Shown here one piece after another: positions 38,346 through 50,559 of a stretch of 64,000 bases of DNA; position 1 is the stretch's first letter, and each line of letters opens with the position of its first letter. The stretch comes from Mobula hypostoma (taxonomy: Eukaryota), in contig NC_086109.1 in NCBI RefSeq assembly GCF_963921235.1, forward strand, positions 9,674,001 through 9,738,000. The letters run 5' to 3'. The translations under genes and the position numbers were made by a program. The notes beneath the pieces were generated by a model. The model did not search any database. It was not told where the DNA came from and saw only the letters and a program-made list of their open reading frames with translations.

Positions 38346-39417
38346 CAATAAATATTATAAGTTACAGTAAGAAATCTATATAAAAAAATAAGTAATGCAA
38401 AAAGAGGTTCATTGTCCATCCAGAAATCCGATGGCAGAGGGAGAGAAGCTGTTCCTCAGTGTGTGTCTCCTCCCTGATGTTAGTAATGAGACAAAGGCTT
38501 GTCCTGGGTGGTGGGGGTCCTTGATGATAGACGCTGCCTTCCTGAGGCTTCATTTACTGAATTGCGCTCCGGGGTGGAGCTCACTGAAGGGATGTGGGGG
38601 CCGAGGGCGTTCAGCATATGAAACGAGCTGCCAGAGGAAGTGGTTGGGGCGGGTACAATAGTATCATTTAAGAAGCACAAGGAGGGGGGATGGGGGGGGG
38701 GTAGTTGGACGTGCAGGCATTTTCAGGAAAATGAAGAAGATTTTATGAAAACCAATGCCTAAACAAAGACAGACACACTCAACAGCAGTGACTGAGTAAC
38801 CTATCGATTCTGTCATCTTGGGCACGTGGGAGGAAGCTGCAGTGCCTGGGTGAAGTAGGGACATCGCCCAAAGTCAGGATTGAAGCAGGTCTGCAGTTGT
38901 GAGGCAGTAGCTCTGTTTGCAGAGTGGAGACTGTGAATGATTTCAAAATCAGCACCAGGTTGATCATCACTGACGTTTGTTCTGAAATCTATTGTTTTGT
39001 GGCAACAGTACTGCGTAAATCAGGAAGAAAAATACTGTAAATTACAATAAGATATAAATAAATAAATACTGCAAAAAGAGCAAAATACTGAGGTTGTGTT
39101 CATGGGTTTATGGACCTTATAGTGGAGGAGAAGAAGCTCTTAGAACAGTTAGAATCAGAACCAGGTGTATTACCAGTGACATATGTTGTCCTTTGGCAGC
39201 AGTACGCGGCAATACATATAGGTTACAAAAATCAATAGTCAAAAGTGGGATAGCGAAGAAGGGTTCATGGTCCGTCAGATATTTGATGGCAGAGGGGAAG
39301 AAGCTGTTCCAAAACTTTTGAGTATAGGGTGGGTGATCAACCGAGTCATTGAGAAATGAGTATGTGGCTGGCCGACTCCTGCGCCAGATTCTTATGTCCT
39401 TGCGTTCGCCCACGCAG

Positions 39418-39636
39418 ATCTGGGACACGGGTGGTCAAGAGCGATTCAAAGCCCTGGTGTCCACCTTCTTCAAAGGATCGGATGGCTGTGTGCTCACGTT
39501 TGCTGTGACCGACCGCGACTCCTTCTACGCCATGGAGGGCTGGAGGAATGAGATGTTGGCCAGAGTGCCAGCAGGCCAGGAGGAGTTTCCTTTCATTGTT
39601 CTGGGCAACAAAATCGATGAAGAACAAATCAGGGAG
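39418..39636 (+). CDS. RAB7B: Rab-7b coding exon 3
   Basis: Acceptor CCCACGCAG, donor GAG|GTAAGT; 219 nt; IWDTGGQERFKALVSTFFKGSDGC...GNKID. DTGGQ and STFxKGSDGC are characteristic of RAB7B rather than RAB7A. Confidence 0.96.
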
Positions 39637-42339
39637 GTAAGTCTGATTCATGCCAGCTTATTGTCATATATAGCAGAGTGCAATGAACTGGCTTTTCTCA
39701 CTGCTACCTTCAGGCAGAAGGTACAGGAGCCTTAGCTCCCACACTACCAGGTTTAGGAACACTTATTACCCTTCAACCATCAGGGTCCTGAACCAGCGTG
39801 GATAATTTCACTCACCGCAACTCTGACTTGATTCCACAACCTACAAACTCACTTACGGAAAAGAGTACAGTCGACGTTTCGGGCCGAGACCCTTCAACAG
39901 GACCAAATGTGCTGAAGGGCCTCGGCCTGAAACATCGACTGTACTCTCTTCCATAGATGCTGCCTGGCCTGCTGAGTTCCTCCAGCAGTTTGTGTGTGTT
40001 GCTCCGATTTCCAGCATCTGCAGATTTTCTTGTTTGTGATTGGACTACAAACTCACTTAAAAGGACTCTACAACTCATTCTCTCAGTACTAATTATCTCT
40101 TATTTACATAATTTGTTATTTTTTGCATATTGGTTATTTGTCAGTCTTTATTGCACAGTTTTTCTTAAGTTCTGTAGTGTTTATTTCCCTGTAAATGTCC
40201 TCAAGAAAATGAATCTCAAGGTAGTATATGGTGACAAATATGTACTTTGATAATAATTTTACTTTGGACATTGAACTTTGCTCATGTGAAGTTCACAGAG
40301 GAAATGAAACCCAGAACCTATAACATAGTATGGTTCAGTACAAGCCCTTCGGCCCATGATGTTGTGCCAACATTTTAATTGACTCCAAATCAATGTAGCC
40401 CTTCTCTCCCCATTTTTCTATCATGCATCTGCCTATCTACAGTAAATGTCCCAAATGTAGCTGCCTCCAGCAGGACATTCCATGTACCCTCCACTCTCTG
40501 CGGAAAAAAATCTTGCCTCTGACAGACATCGTCCCCTATACTTTCAACCAATCTCGTTAAAATTATAACACTTTGTATTACGCATTTCCATCTGGGGAAA
40601 AGAGTTCCTGGTTATCCACTCGATCTATGCCTCTTGTTAACCATATAACAATTATAGCACGGAAACAGGCCATCTCAGCCCTTCTAGTCTGTGCTGAACT
40701 CTTACTCTCACCTAGTCCCACTGACCTGCACTCAGCCCATAACCCTCCATTCCTTTCCTGTCCATATAGCTGTCCAATTTAACTTTAAATGACAACATCG
40801 AACCTACCTCAACCACTTCTGCTGGAAGCTCGTTCCACACAGCTACCACTCTCTGAGTGAAGAAGTTCCCCCTCATTTTACCCCTAAACTTTTGCCCTTT
40901 AACTCTCAACTCATGTCCTTTTGTTTGAATCTCCCCCACCCCCCCAATGGAAAAGGCCTATCCACGTCAACTCTGACTATCCCCCTCATAAGCACAGAAC
41001 AACACAAAGTGTTGCATTTCAGACTGGGCTGGTGCAAAGAGAAAGGCTAAAGTGCCAATAACTGAAGAAGTAGAATTAACAGTCCAAGAACAGGGCAGCA
41101 CCACTGGGAACTGGGTGTAAGAGAGGTGACTGGTTCAGAAGTCTAACTGTAGGAATAAAGTTCTCTGCAATAGGTTAGGACTTTATTCCATGTAAGGTAG
41201 GAGATTGAGGGCAGAGTTGATGGAGATATACAAAATTATAAGGGGATTAGGTAGGGTGAATGTGAGCAGACTTTTTCCACTGAGGTGTTCCACTGTGTCT
41301 ACAACCAGAGGTGTATGGGTTAAGAGTGAGAGCTGGGAAGTTTAAGGGGAAACTTTTTCATTGAGAGGATGGAGAGAGTGTGGAACGAGCTGCCCACACA
41401 ATTGGTGCATGCTAGCTCGATTTCAACGTTTAAGAGAAGTTTGGATAGGTACATGGATAGCAGGGAGTTGGAGGGCTATGGTCCCAGGGCAGGTCGATGG
41501 GAGTAGGAAATTTAAATGGTACAGCATGTGGAATAGATGGGTCAAAGGGCCTGTTTCTGTGTTGTACCTTTCTATGACTATGACTCTAGTAGCCAGACAT
41601 GAGACCAGCAGGCCATTCAGCCCATTGTGTTTGCGCCTGCTTTTTGCGAAGGTCAGGCCTATCTCCCTGTTCTTTTCCCAAAATGCCTATCCTTTCCTTC
41701 CCTTCCCTTATCAATTTGCAACCAATTTGAACATTGGTCTGGTCTGATCCCTGACCAGACAAGTGAACTTAAGCTCGCTGTGTAAAATCCTGAGAATGTA
41801 CACCACAAACTCAAGGACAGCTTCTATCCGAAACACAGGAAATTCTGCAGATGCTGAAAATCCAAAGCAACGCACACAAAATGCTGGAGGAACTCGGCAG
41901 GTCAGGCAGTGTCTGCGGAAATGAGTAAACAGTCGACATTTCAGGCAGAGACCCTTCTTCAGGACTGAAAGGGAAGGGAGAAAGGTGCCCAAGTAAAAAG
42001 GTGAGGGAAGGGAAAGGAGGGTAAGCTGGAAGGTGAAAGGTGAAAGGTAAAGCCAGGTGAGAGGGAAAAGGTAGAGGGCTGGAGAAGAAGGAATCTGATT
42101 GGAGAGGAGAGTGGACCATAGGAGAAAGGGAATAAGGAGGGGATTCAGGGGGAGCTGAGGGCCAATGAGAAGAGGTAAGAGGCCATAGTAGGGAATAGAA
42201 GAAGAGGGGAGGGGCAGAGTATTTTTTTACCGGAAGAAGAAATCCATATTCATGTCATCAGGTAGGAGGCTACCCAGATGGCATCTCAAACTCCTGAAAG
42301 GACCTCTGATATGATAAAGATGGTGGTGAGTGTACCACG

Positions 42340-42660
42340 GGTGGCACACTAGCCTAGCAGTTAGAGTAACGCTTTACAGCGCCACTGATTGTGATTGGGG
42401 TTCAATTCCCGCCACTGTCTGTAAGTAGTTTTTACGTTCTCCCCGTGACTGTGTGGGTTTCTTCCAGGTGCTCTGGTGTCCTCCCCCAGTCCAATGGGTT
42501 TGGGTTAGTAAGTTGTGGACGTGCTGCATTGGTACTGGAAGTGAGGCATGAGGCAATACTTACGGACTGCCCAGCAACAGCCCTTGGACTGCACTGGTCG
42601 TCATTGCAGTCGGCTTATTTCGGTGCTTTGATATACATGTGGCAAATAAAACTAGTATCA
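42340..42660 (+). mobile_element. V-SINE/HE1-like tRNA-derived SINE (many relatives, e.g. ~28580-28810, 32435-32570, 55208-55740)
   Basis: tRNA-like head TAGCCTAGCAGTTAG...GGTTCAATTCCC and conserved body GTTCTCCCCGTGACTGTGTGGGTTTCTTCCAGGTGCTC. Confidence 0.7.
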
Positions 42661-42886
42661 ATCTTAGCTTTTAACCTTAGCTATCAGTCTTAATACTAAT
42701 CTGTGACTGTGTGTGTTTCCTCCGGGTGCTCTGGTTTCCTCCCACATACCAAACACCTAAAGGATAGCAGGTTAATTGGCCACAAGGGCGTAAGTGGGCA
42801 GCATGGGCTTGTTGGGCTGAAGGGCCTGTTACCGTGCAAAATCTCCAAATAAACGAATAAACTAAAAACATACAGTCAAATGCATC

Positions 42887-43546
42887 TGTTGTGTATTTCA
42901 GTAATATTTGAGTAATCTTGTATATATTACTCAATATATATCTATGAGGATATATGTATGTGAGGGGAGATCTCATAGAAACATTCTGAATGTTAAAAGG
43001 CCTGAACAGATATGGCAAAGTTATTTCCCATGGTAGGGGATTCTAGGACAAGAGGGAACAACTTCAGGATTGAAGGACAGAGATGTGGAGAAATTACTTA
43101 AGTCAGGGGGTGGTAAATCTGTGGAATTTGTTGCTACGAGCGGCTGTGGAGGCCAAGTCATTGGGTGTTTTTAAGGCAGAGATAGATAGGTTCTTGATTA
43201 GCCAGGGCATCAAAGGGTATGGGGTGAAGGCAGGGGAGTGGAGATGACTGGAAGAATTGGATCAGCCCATGATTGAATGGCGGAGCAGACTCAATGGGCC
43301 GAATGGCCTACTTCTGCTCCTATATCTTATGGTCTTATATATTGGTTGATTAGGCATTCTAGTTTGTTTAAATAATTAATTACGGGTTATATGTACAGTA
43401 TAAACATATGAATTGCATACAACATCACACTACTGCGTGATACGTGCGCGCCTCACTTAAAGTAAACATAAAATTAGACCCGCATTCCCAGATTTCCGTC
43501 TCTTCCTTTGGATTAGTGCAAGGTTTTGAAGTTACAAAGCAAAACG
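42887..43546 (+). mobile_element. Gypsy solo LTR interrupted by a CR1 3' fragment (~42960-43338)
   Basis: Homologous to the LTR at 14557-14783; starts TGTTG; near-duplication GCATC/GCATT. Confidence 0.6.
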
Positions 43547-46500
43547 GCATTGTTTGCGTGAACAAGCAACACACCCGAGGGTGTGCCGGGGGCTGCTTGT
43601 GAGTGATATCACATGTTCCGGCAGCCACATAGCGTGCCAACAACGTTCAGCGGAGCCACGCAATCAGCGTCAAAAGCAACAGCGCTCGCCCCTTCCCGGC
43701 CCCCATTCACTTCACTGCTGACCAGTTTTCCCTCTCTCCTGTACCAATCCCCTCTGTCAATCATTGTGGACGCTCATGAAATGAAGAGGGCAGTGAGTAC
43801 CTCGTTTCACACTTCAACAGTTCCGAGCACCGTAACCTAATGAATTCTCTTTGTTACACTATAACGCAGAGGATCCTTCAAGTTCACAGCTCACTACAGG
43901 GGCTTGTCCTTTTCCCACCTCCCCTTACGCACTTGGTTAATGGAAGTCTAGCAATTCGAGAACTAAATGTCAAAGATTGACTAGGTATTTGGTATTGCCA
44001 CAAGAACTGAGATCTAGTGAAAAGCCTTTGCTCTGTGTGCCATCCAGACAGATCACGCCACACATCAGGGAAGGGAAAAGAAAACAGAGTGTGGAACGTG
44101 GTGTTGCTCTGTCAGAGAAAGTGAAGGGGCAAGTAGACAAGGGAACTACAAGTAGATGATGAGGTAGATTGAGAGATCGTATGATTGTGAGTTTGAGAGA
44201 CCCAGAACAAGCTCTCTTCTCACTGCTGCCATCAGGAAGAAGGTACAAGAATCTTAGGACTCGCACGACCAGGTTCAGGAACAGTTATTATCCCTCAACC
44301 ATCAGGCTCTTGAACAAAGGGGATAACTTCACTCAACCTCACTTACCCTATCACTGAATTATTCCCAAAACCATTGGACTCACATTCAAGGTCTCTTCAT
44401 TTCATATTCTCAATATCTATTGCTTATTTATTTACGATTATTGTTTCTTTTTGAATTTGCACAGTTTGTTGTCTCCCACACTCTTGTTAAATGCCCTGGT
44501 TATTGATTCTGTTATAGCTACTATTCTAGAGAGTTGCTGAGTCTGCCCCCAAGAAAATGAGTCTCAGGGTTGTATATGGTGACATTTATGAACATTGATA
44601 ATATATTTACTTTGAATTTTGTTCAAGTGTTCATCTTTTAGTGTATGAGAGACCTGTTCAAGATTATCATAGATCGTGGAGCTCCAAGTTGCTGTCACCC
44701 TCTTTATATAGAAGTGATTCATAATTTTTGGATTTTACTCCTTAAATGTATAAGTAGTTTCTCTGTGGACTGTGAGGGGTGGTGGTCGAGGCAGATATAT
44801 TATAGATGTTCAACAGACTCTTACATAGTTACATGGATGATACAATAATGGAGCGATAGGGAGGAGGGAAGGGTTAGCTTGATCTTAGAGGACATTAAAC
44901 AGCTGGCATAACATGATGGGCCAAAAGGCCTGTACTGTGCTGTACTGTTCTATATTCCATGCTCCAGTTACTTTCCTTACACTTCTTATCTCTATAGTCT
45001 AGTTTCTTTACAAAACTGCAGTTCTCCCATTCATGTGACCAACCCAGCCATTGAGACTATAAGCTGGACAAGTTATTCATTCAACAGTCTGGGACGGTGA
45101 AAACCTGAAGAAGCAGTGAATGGGGATCAAAATCATGCTGTTCCTCCTCCGTACTTCATAACTCGACCAGCAGATGGCGGACAAGGGCCACCTCAGAGGT
45201 TCCCACTCAAATCACAGAGAGAAATCACTCTCTTGCCAGCCTGCCGGGAGACGATCGGCAGGTTCTGGTGGAAGAGTGGGGAAGGTTTACCATCTTATAC
45301 GGTCATCCAATCATACAGCACAAGGCAGGCCACTCAGCCCACCTTGCTCTCGCTAACCATCAAGTTTCAGAAGTTAGCGATGATTCAGCATGACATTTAA
45401 AACTTTGACAAACTTCTATAGATGTGAGGTGGAGGATATAATGACTGGTTGCATCACAGCCTGGTATGGAAACAGCAATGCCCTTGGACCGAAAATCCTA
45501 CAAAAAGTAGTGGGTACGGCCCAGTCCATCACGGGTAAATCCCTCCCCACCATTGAGCACAGTTACATGGAGTGCTGTCACAGGAAAGCAGCATCTATCA
45601 TTAGGCCATGCTCTCTTCTCCCTGTTGCCATCATGAAGAAGGTACAGGAGTCTCAGGATCCACACCACCAGGTTCAGGAACAGTTATTATCCCTCAGCTA
45701 TCAGGCTCTTGAACTAGAGGGGTTAACTTCACTCAACTTCACTCACCCATCACTGGACTGTCCCCACGAGTTATGGACTCACTTTCAAGGACTCTTCATC
45801 TCACGTTCTCTATATTTATTGCTTAATTATTATTATTATTTTTATATTTGTAACTGCACAGTTTGTTGTCGTTTGCATATTGGTTGTTTGTCCATCCTGT
45901 CGAGTGTGGCCTTTCATTGATTCTATTGCACTGCATGTGTTTACTGTGAACGCTTGCAAGAAAATGAATCACAATGTTGTATATGGTGACATATACCTAC
46001 TTTGATCATTTTGAACTTCCAACTGTAAAGTACTCATCTATCCTGTGCAGTAATCCCATTAACCAATACTTAGTCCCTGTGGCTAACTCTTCTATGTTCT
46101 AATTCCATCTAGCAACACTTGGATCCATGCTTTCTACTTGGAGATTTAAGTGTTCTGACAGAGACATGGTGGGCTGAAGAATCTGTTTCAGTGTGTGTGA
46201 TGGCATGGTTAGAGTAGAACTATTACAGCTTTTACTTGTCCCTTCCCTTGGACACATTTGTTCCGATTCATTCTCATAAACTCATATATATATTTGCATT
46301 AATACTGGCCAGAGAAAGGTAAAGACACGTCTGTGTCACACGTACGAAAATGCTTTAAAGGAGGATTATTGAGCCCTGATGAAGGGTCTTGGCCGGAAAC
46401 AGTTTATTTCCCTCTATAGATGCTGCCTGACCTGCGGAGTTCCCGCAGCATTTTGTGTGTGTTGTTGCTTTATCGGAAAAAAGGTCGACTTGGCCTTGTA

Positions 46501-46929
46501 GAGAGAGACGAGTGCAAGTGAGCAAAAGCAGAGTATTGGATTGGAAGTCGAGGAGGAGGAGGTACACTGGACCTTACACACGTCCACCCCATTCTGCCTG
46601 AACCAGAGTCTGAATCAGGTTTAATATCACCGGCGTATGTCGTGCAATTCATTGATTGCAGCAGCAGGACTATGCAATACATAATAATAGAAAAAAAAAC
46701 ATGATTTAGTCATGAATTAGTCTGATGGCAGTGGGGAAGAAGCTGTTTCTGAATTGTTGAGTGTACACCTTCAGGCTTCTGTACCTCCTCCCTGAAGGTC
46801 ACAATGAGGACAAGGCATGTCCTGAGTGATGAGGGTCCTTAATGCCGAATGCTGCCTTTCTGAAGCATCACTCCTTGAGGATGTCCTGGATACTAGTGAG
46901 GGTAGTGCCCATGATGGAGCTGATGATGA

Positions 46930-46967
46930 CAGTCCTGACGAAGGGTCTTGGCCTGAAATGTCGACTG
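46930..46967 (+). ncRNA. Minimal type I hammerhead motif, sense to RAB7B pre-mRNA
   Basis: CAGUC CUGACGA AGGGUCUUGGCCU GAAAU GUC GACUG; perfect 5-bp stem I and intact core. Confidence 0.6.
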
Positions 46968-47532
46968 TTTACTCTTTTCCATAGATGCTGCCTGGCCTGC
47001 TGAGTTCCTCCAGCATTTTGTGTGTTTTGCTTCGACTTCCAGCATCTGCAGATTTTCTCTTGTTTGTGATGGAGCTGACTAGCTTTACAACTCCCTGCAG
47101 CATATTTCGATTTTATGCAGTAGAACCACCCCCCCCAACTCTATACTAGATAGTGATACAGCCAGTCAGAATGCTCTCCATGGTATATCTACAGAAATTT
47201 GCGAGTGTCTTTGGTGACATACCAAACCTCCTCAAACTACTAATGAAATGTAGCCACTTCCGTGCCTTTTTTGTAGCTGCATCGATATGTTGGGTCCAGG
47301 TTAGATCCTCAGAGATCTTGACACCCAGGAACTTGAAATTGCTCACTCTCTCCACTTCTGATCCCTTCTGGCTGACGTATATTCCCTCGTCTTATCCTGT
47401 CTGAAATCCACAAACAGTTGTTTATTCTTTTGGTCTTTGGATTGCTATTAGTTCTAGATTCCCTTTCTTTACCTCTCTCCATGGGCTTCATCTCTTATCC
47501 ATCCAAAAATCAATCCACCTTGATTCTGAATT

Positions 47533-47826
47533 CAGTACGGCGAAAAATCTTCGGCACCTATGTATAGCTAGGGTGCATAAGACTTCTGCAGAATACTGTA
47601 ACTTCAGTTTTCTGCTTGCAATTTACAATTTACATTAAGAACTGAAGACAAGATCTTGTTTGAATTAATATCTGGTATATTCACATAACTCCAGAATACT
47701 CCCTAACAACAAGTAAAAAAGACATCGAGCTAATTAGGGAGCAAACCTTATTACCATTTACAGTTGTGTGCAAAAGTCTTAGTCACCCTGATTATATAAT
47801 GTGCCTAAGATGTTTGCACATTACTG
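47533..47826. mobile_element. Pair of ~66-bp palindromic Tc1-type MITEs (47533-47598, 47761-47826)
   Basis: Each resembles CAGT..GTGCAAAAGTCTTAGGCAC-short loop-GTGCCTAAGACTTTTGCAC..ACTG, with TA on one flank. Confidence 0.55.
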
Positions 47827-48069
47827 CAATGAAAAAAAGGTTGACTCGACCTGACAGAGAGAGAGACAAGTGCTATTGAGTGAAAGCACAGTCTTGGAGT
47901 GGAACTCGAGTGGGGGCTCATGGGGTGTTGCAATGGACCTCACAGATGTCCACCCCATTCTGGCTGATTGATCCAGGTTCACTTTCTTGACTTCTCTCCA
48001 CGGGTCTCATCTCTTATACCATTCAGAATTCAATCTACCTTGATCTTGAGTACAGTATATTTAATAATA

Positions 48070-48750
48070 ATAATAGGGTTCATTTATGGAGCACTTTTCG
48101 TACAGATGATGTAGTTCAAAGTGCTTTCCAATGGGATAACATGTAAACATGAAAATAAAAGACAAAAAGATGTTAGTTAAAAGCAAGGTTAAATAAACAG
48201 GTTTTGAGGTGGTGTTTAAAATGTCAACTGAGTCTGCATCCCTTATAGTTTTAGGTATTGAATTCCACAGTTTAGGAGCATAGCTCAGAAAAGCTGACCT
48301 GCCAATTATCTTTTGAAAGAGATTGTTTCAACTAAAGAGACCGGCGGAAGACGACCTTAGAGCTCGAGCAAGGTTATAGAACAATAGCGTTTCTGTAATG
48401 TACTCCGGTCCCATTCCATTAAGAGCTTTAAAAACAAGTAAGGGACATTTAAAATCAAGTCTAAGAGATACAGGAAGCCAATGCAGAGTAGTTAGGATGG
48501 GAGTGATGTGCTCCCTTATCCTAGTTTTAGTTAAAAGTCTAGCAGCGGTGAGACGAAGCTTGTCAATAGATTGTTTTAGAAGGCCAATGAAAAGCACAGT
48601 AATCTAATCTATTTGATATGTTGAGGCGTGAATTAGTTTTTCAGCATCTTTATGACAGTAATGGACATACCTTTGCAATATTTCTGCTCTAGGCACTTTC
48701 TTTATGTGGGATTTAAATCTGAGTCAAGGATAACACCCAGGCTCGTTACT
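48070..48750 (-). mobile_element. L2-clade LINE 3' fragment (relatives at ~50620-50810 and 63405-64000)
   Basis: AARLLTKTRIREHITPILTTLHWLPVSLRLDFK...FKALNG..P.YI...RALRSS; (TAA)n tail. Confidence 0.8.
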
Positions 48751-49654
48751 TCTCCAGAAGAGCTGAGGCCCTTCTTCAGGACTGGGAGGGAAGGGGGGAG
48801 ATGCCTGAATTAAAAGGCGGGGAGAGGAGAGAGAGAGGCTAACTGGAAGGTGATAGGTGGAGCCAGGTGGGTGGCAAAGGTCAAAGGCCGGAGAAGAAAG
48901 AATCTGATACGGGAGGAGAGTGGACAATAGGAGAAAGGGAAGGAGGAGGGGACCCAGGGGGAGGTAAAAGGTCAGAGTAGGGAATAGTCGGGGTGGGGGG
49001 GATTTGTTCACTGAGAGGAGAAATCGATATTCATACCATCAGGTTGGAGGGTAGCCAGACAGAATATAAGTTGTTGTTCTGCCACCCTGAGGGTGGCCTC
49101 ATCTTGGCACAAGAGGGGCCATGGATGGACACATTGGAACGGGAAGGGGACTCTTTAAAGATTAAAGATTAGCTTTATTTGTCACGTACATCAAAACATG
49201 CATTGAAATGCTTAGTTTGTGCCGACACCCAACGCAGCCCAAAGATGTGCTGGGGCAGCCCGCGTCTCCGGTACCAACAAAGAATACTCACAGTTTGCCA
49301 ACCCCAGTCTTTGGAGGGAACTGGAGCTCCCAAAGGAAACCCATTCGTATTAACCCCTTACAAACAGCAGCGGGAACTGAACCCGGATCGCTGGCCCGTA
49401 CGGTCGTTACGCGAACCACTACGCTTCAGTAACACCCTCTAAAACAGCCGACCTCTCCTTCTGAAAACGATCCTCGTGAATATCCTCTGCACTCCCTCCG
49501 GTGCAAACATACCACAGGATACTAATATCCATTAAAGAGTCATTTTCTGAGGCACTACCACCTTGGGAATGGGCTGCAGGGAAGCTCTGAAGAGGTCACA
49601 AGAGAAAAGCAATGTTGGGTTTCCATTAAGTTTTTGAACAGGCTCCTAACATGG

Positions 49655-50356
49655 ATGACCCGATGCAGGCTGGGAGGCCAGTTCGCTGAACACCTACGCT
49701 CTGTCTGCCAGAGACAGCAAGATCTCCCAGTGGCCACACATTTTAATTCCACGTCCCATTCCCATTCTGATGTGTCTATCCACGGCCTCCTCTACTGTCA
49801 AGATGAAGTCACACTCAGGTTGGAGGAACAACACCTTATATTCCGTCTGGGTAGCCTCCAACCTGATGGCATGAACATTGACTTCTCTAACTTCAGTTAA
49901 TGCCCCTCCTTCCCTTCGTACCCCATCCCTTATTTATTTATTATTATCCCCCCCACTGTTTTTTCTCTCTCTTTTTTCTCCCTCTGTCCCTCTCACTATA
50001 ACTCCTTGCCTGCTCTCCACCCTCTGGGCTCCCCTCCCCCTTTCTTTCTCCCTAGGCCTCTTGTCCTATGATCCTCTCCCTTCTCCAGCCTCGTATCCCT
50101 TTTGCCAATCACCTGTCCAGCTCTTAGCTCCATCCCTCCCCCTCCTGTCTTCTCCTATCATTTTGGTTCTCCCCCTCCCCCTCCCACTTTCAAATCTCTT
50201 ACAAAATCCTCCTTCAGTTAGTCCTGATGAAGGGTCTCGGCCTGAAACGTCGACTGTACCTCTTCCTAGAGATGCTGCCTGGCCTGCTGCGTTCACCAGC
50301 AACTTTGATGTGTGTTGCCTGAGTTTCCGGTGTCTGCAGATTTCCTCGTGTTTGCG
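49655..50356 (+). mobile_element. Young Penelope-like element 3' portion: GIY-YIG endonuclease C-terminus plus terminal repeat with hammerhead
   Basis: ORF 49634-49900 TRCRLGGQFAEHLRSV...PVATHFN...RLEEQHLIFRLGSLQPDGMN is a typical PLE GIY-YIG end; ends ~80 nt before RAB7B coding exon 4. Confidence 0.85.
50219..50256 (+). ncRNA. Minimal type I hammerhead ribozyme motif, intact, sense to RAB7B pre-mRNA
   Basis: UAGUC CUGAUGA AGGGUCUCGGCCU GAAAC GUC GACUG; predicted cleavage after C50251; stem III reduced to palindromic ACGU. Confidence 0.7.
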
Positions 50357-50433
50357 TCGTAACATAGATGATGTTGACTCTACACTAGTGCAAACTTTTG
50401 CGATCACTTCTGGTCTCCCTCTCGCTCCCACAG

Positions 50434-50559
50434 GTTACAAGTGAAGACGCGGAAGCCTGGTGCAATGCTCGAAACATCCCTTACTATGAAGTGAGTGCCA
50501 AAGAGGGCACAAACGTGGACAAAGCCTTCGAGAGGATCACCCAGGTTGCTCTCTCACAG
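50434..50559 (+). CDS. RAB7B: Rab-7b coding exon 4
   Basis: Acceptor CTCGCTCCCACAG, donor CAG|GTACTC; 126 nt; VTSEDAEAWCNARNIPYYEVSAKEGTNVDKAFERITQVALSQ includes G5 (EVSAK). Confidence 0.95.

Noticed and set aside
49878..50444. Recurrent ORFs with SPDEGSRPETST or VDVSGRDPSSG peptides, suggesting a protein family
   Set aside because: They are translations of the non-coding PLE terminus and hammerhead on either strand.
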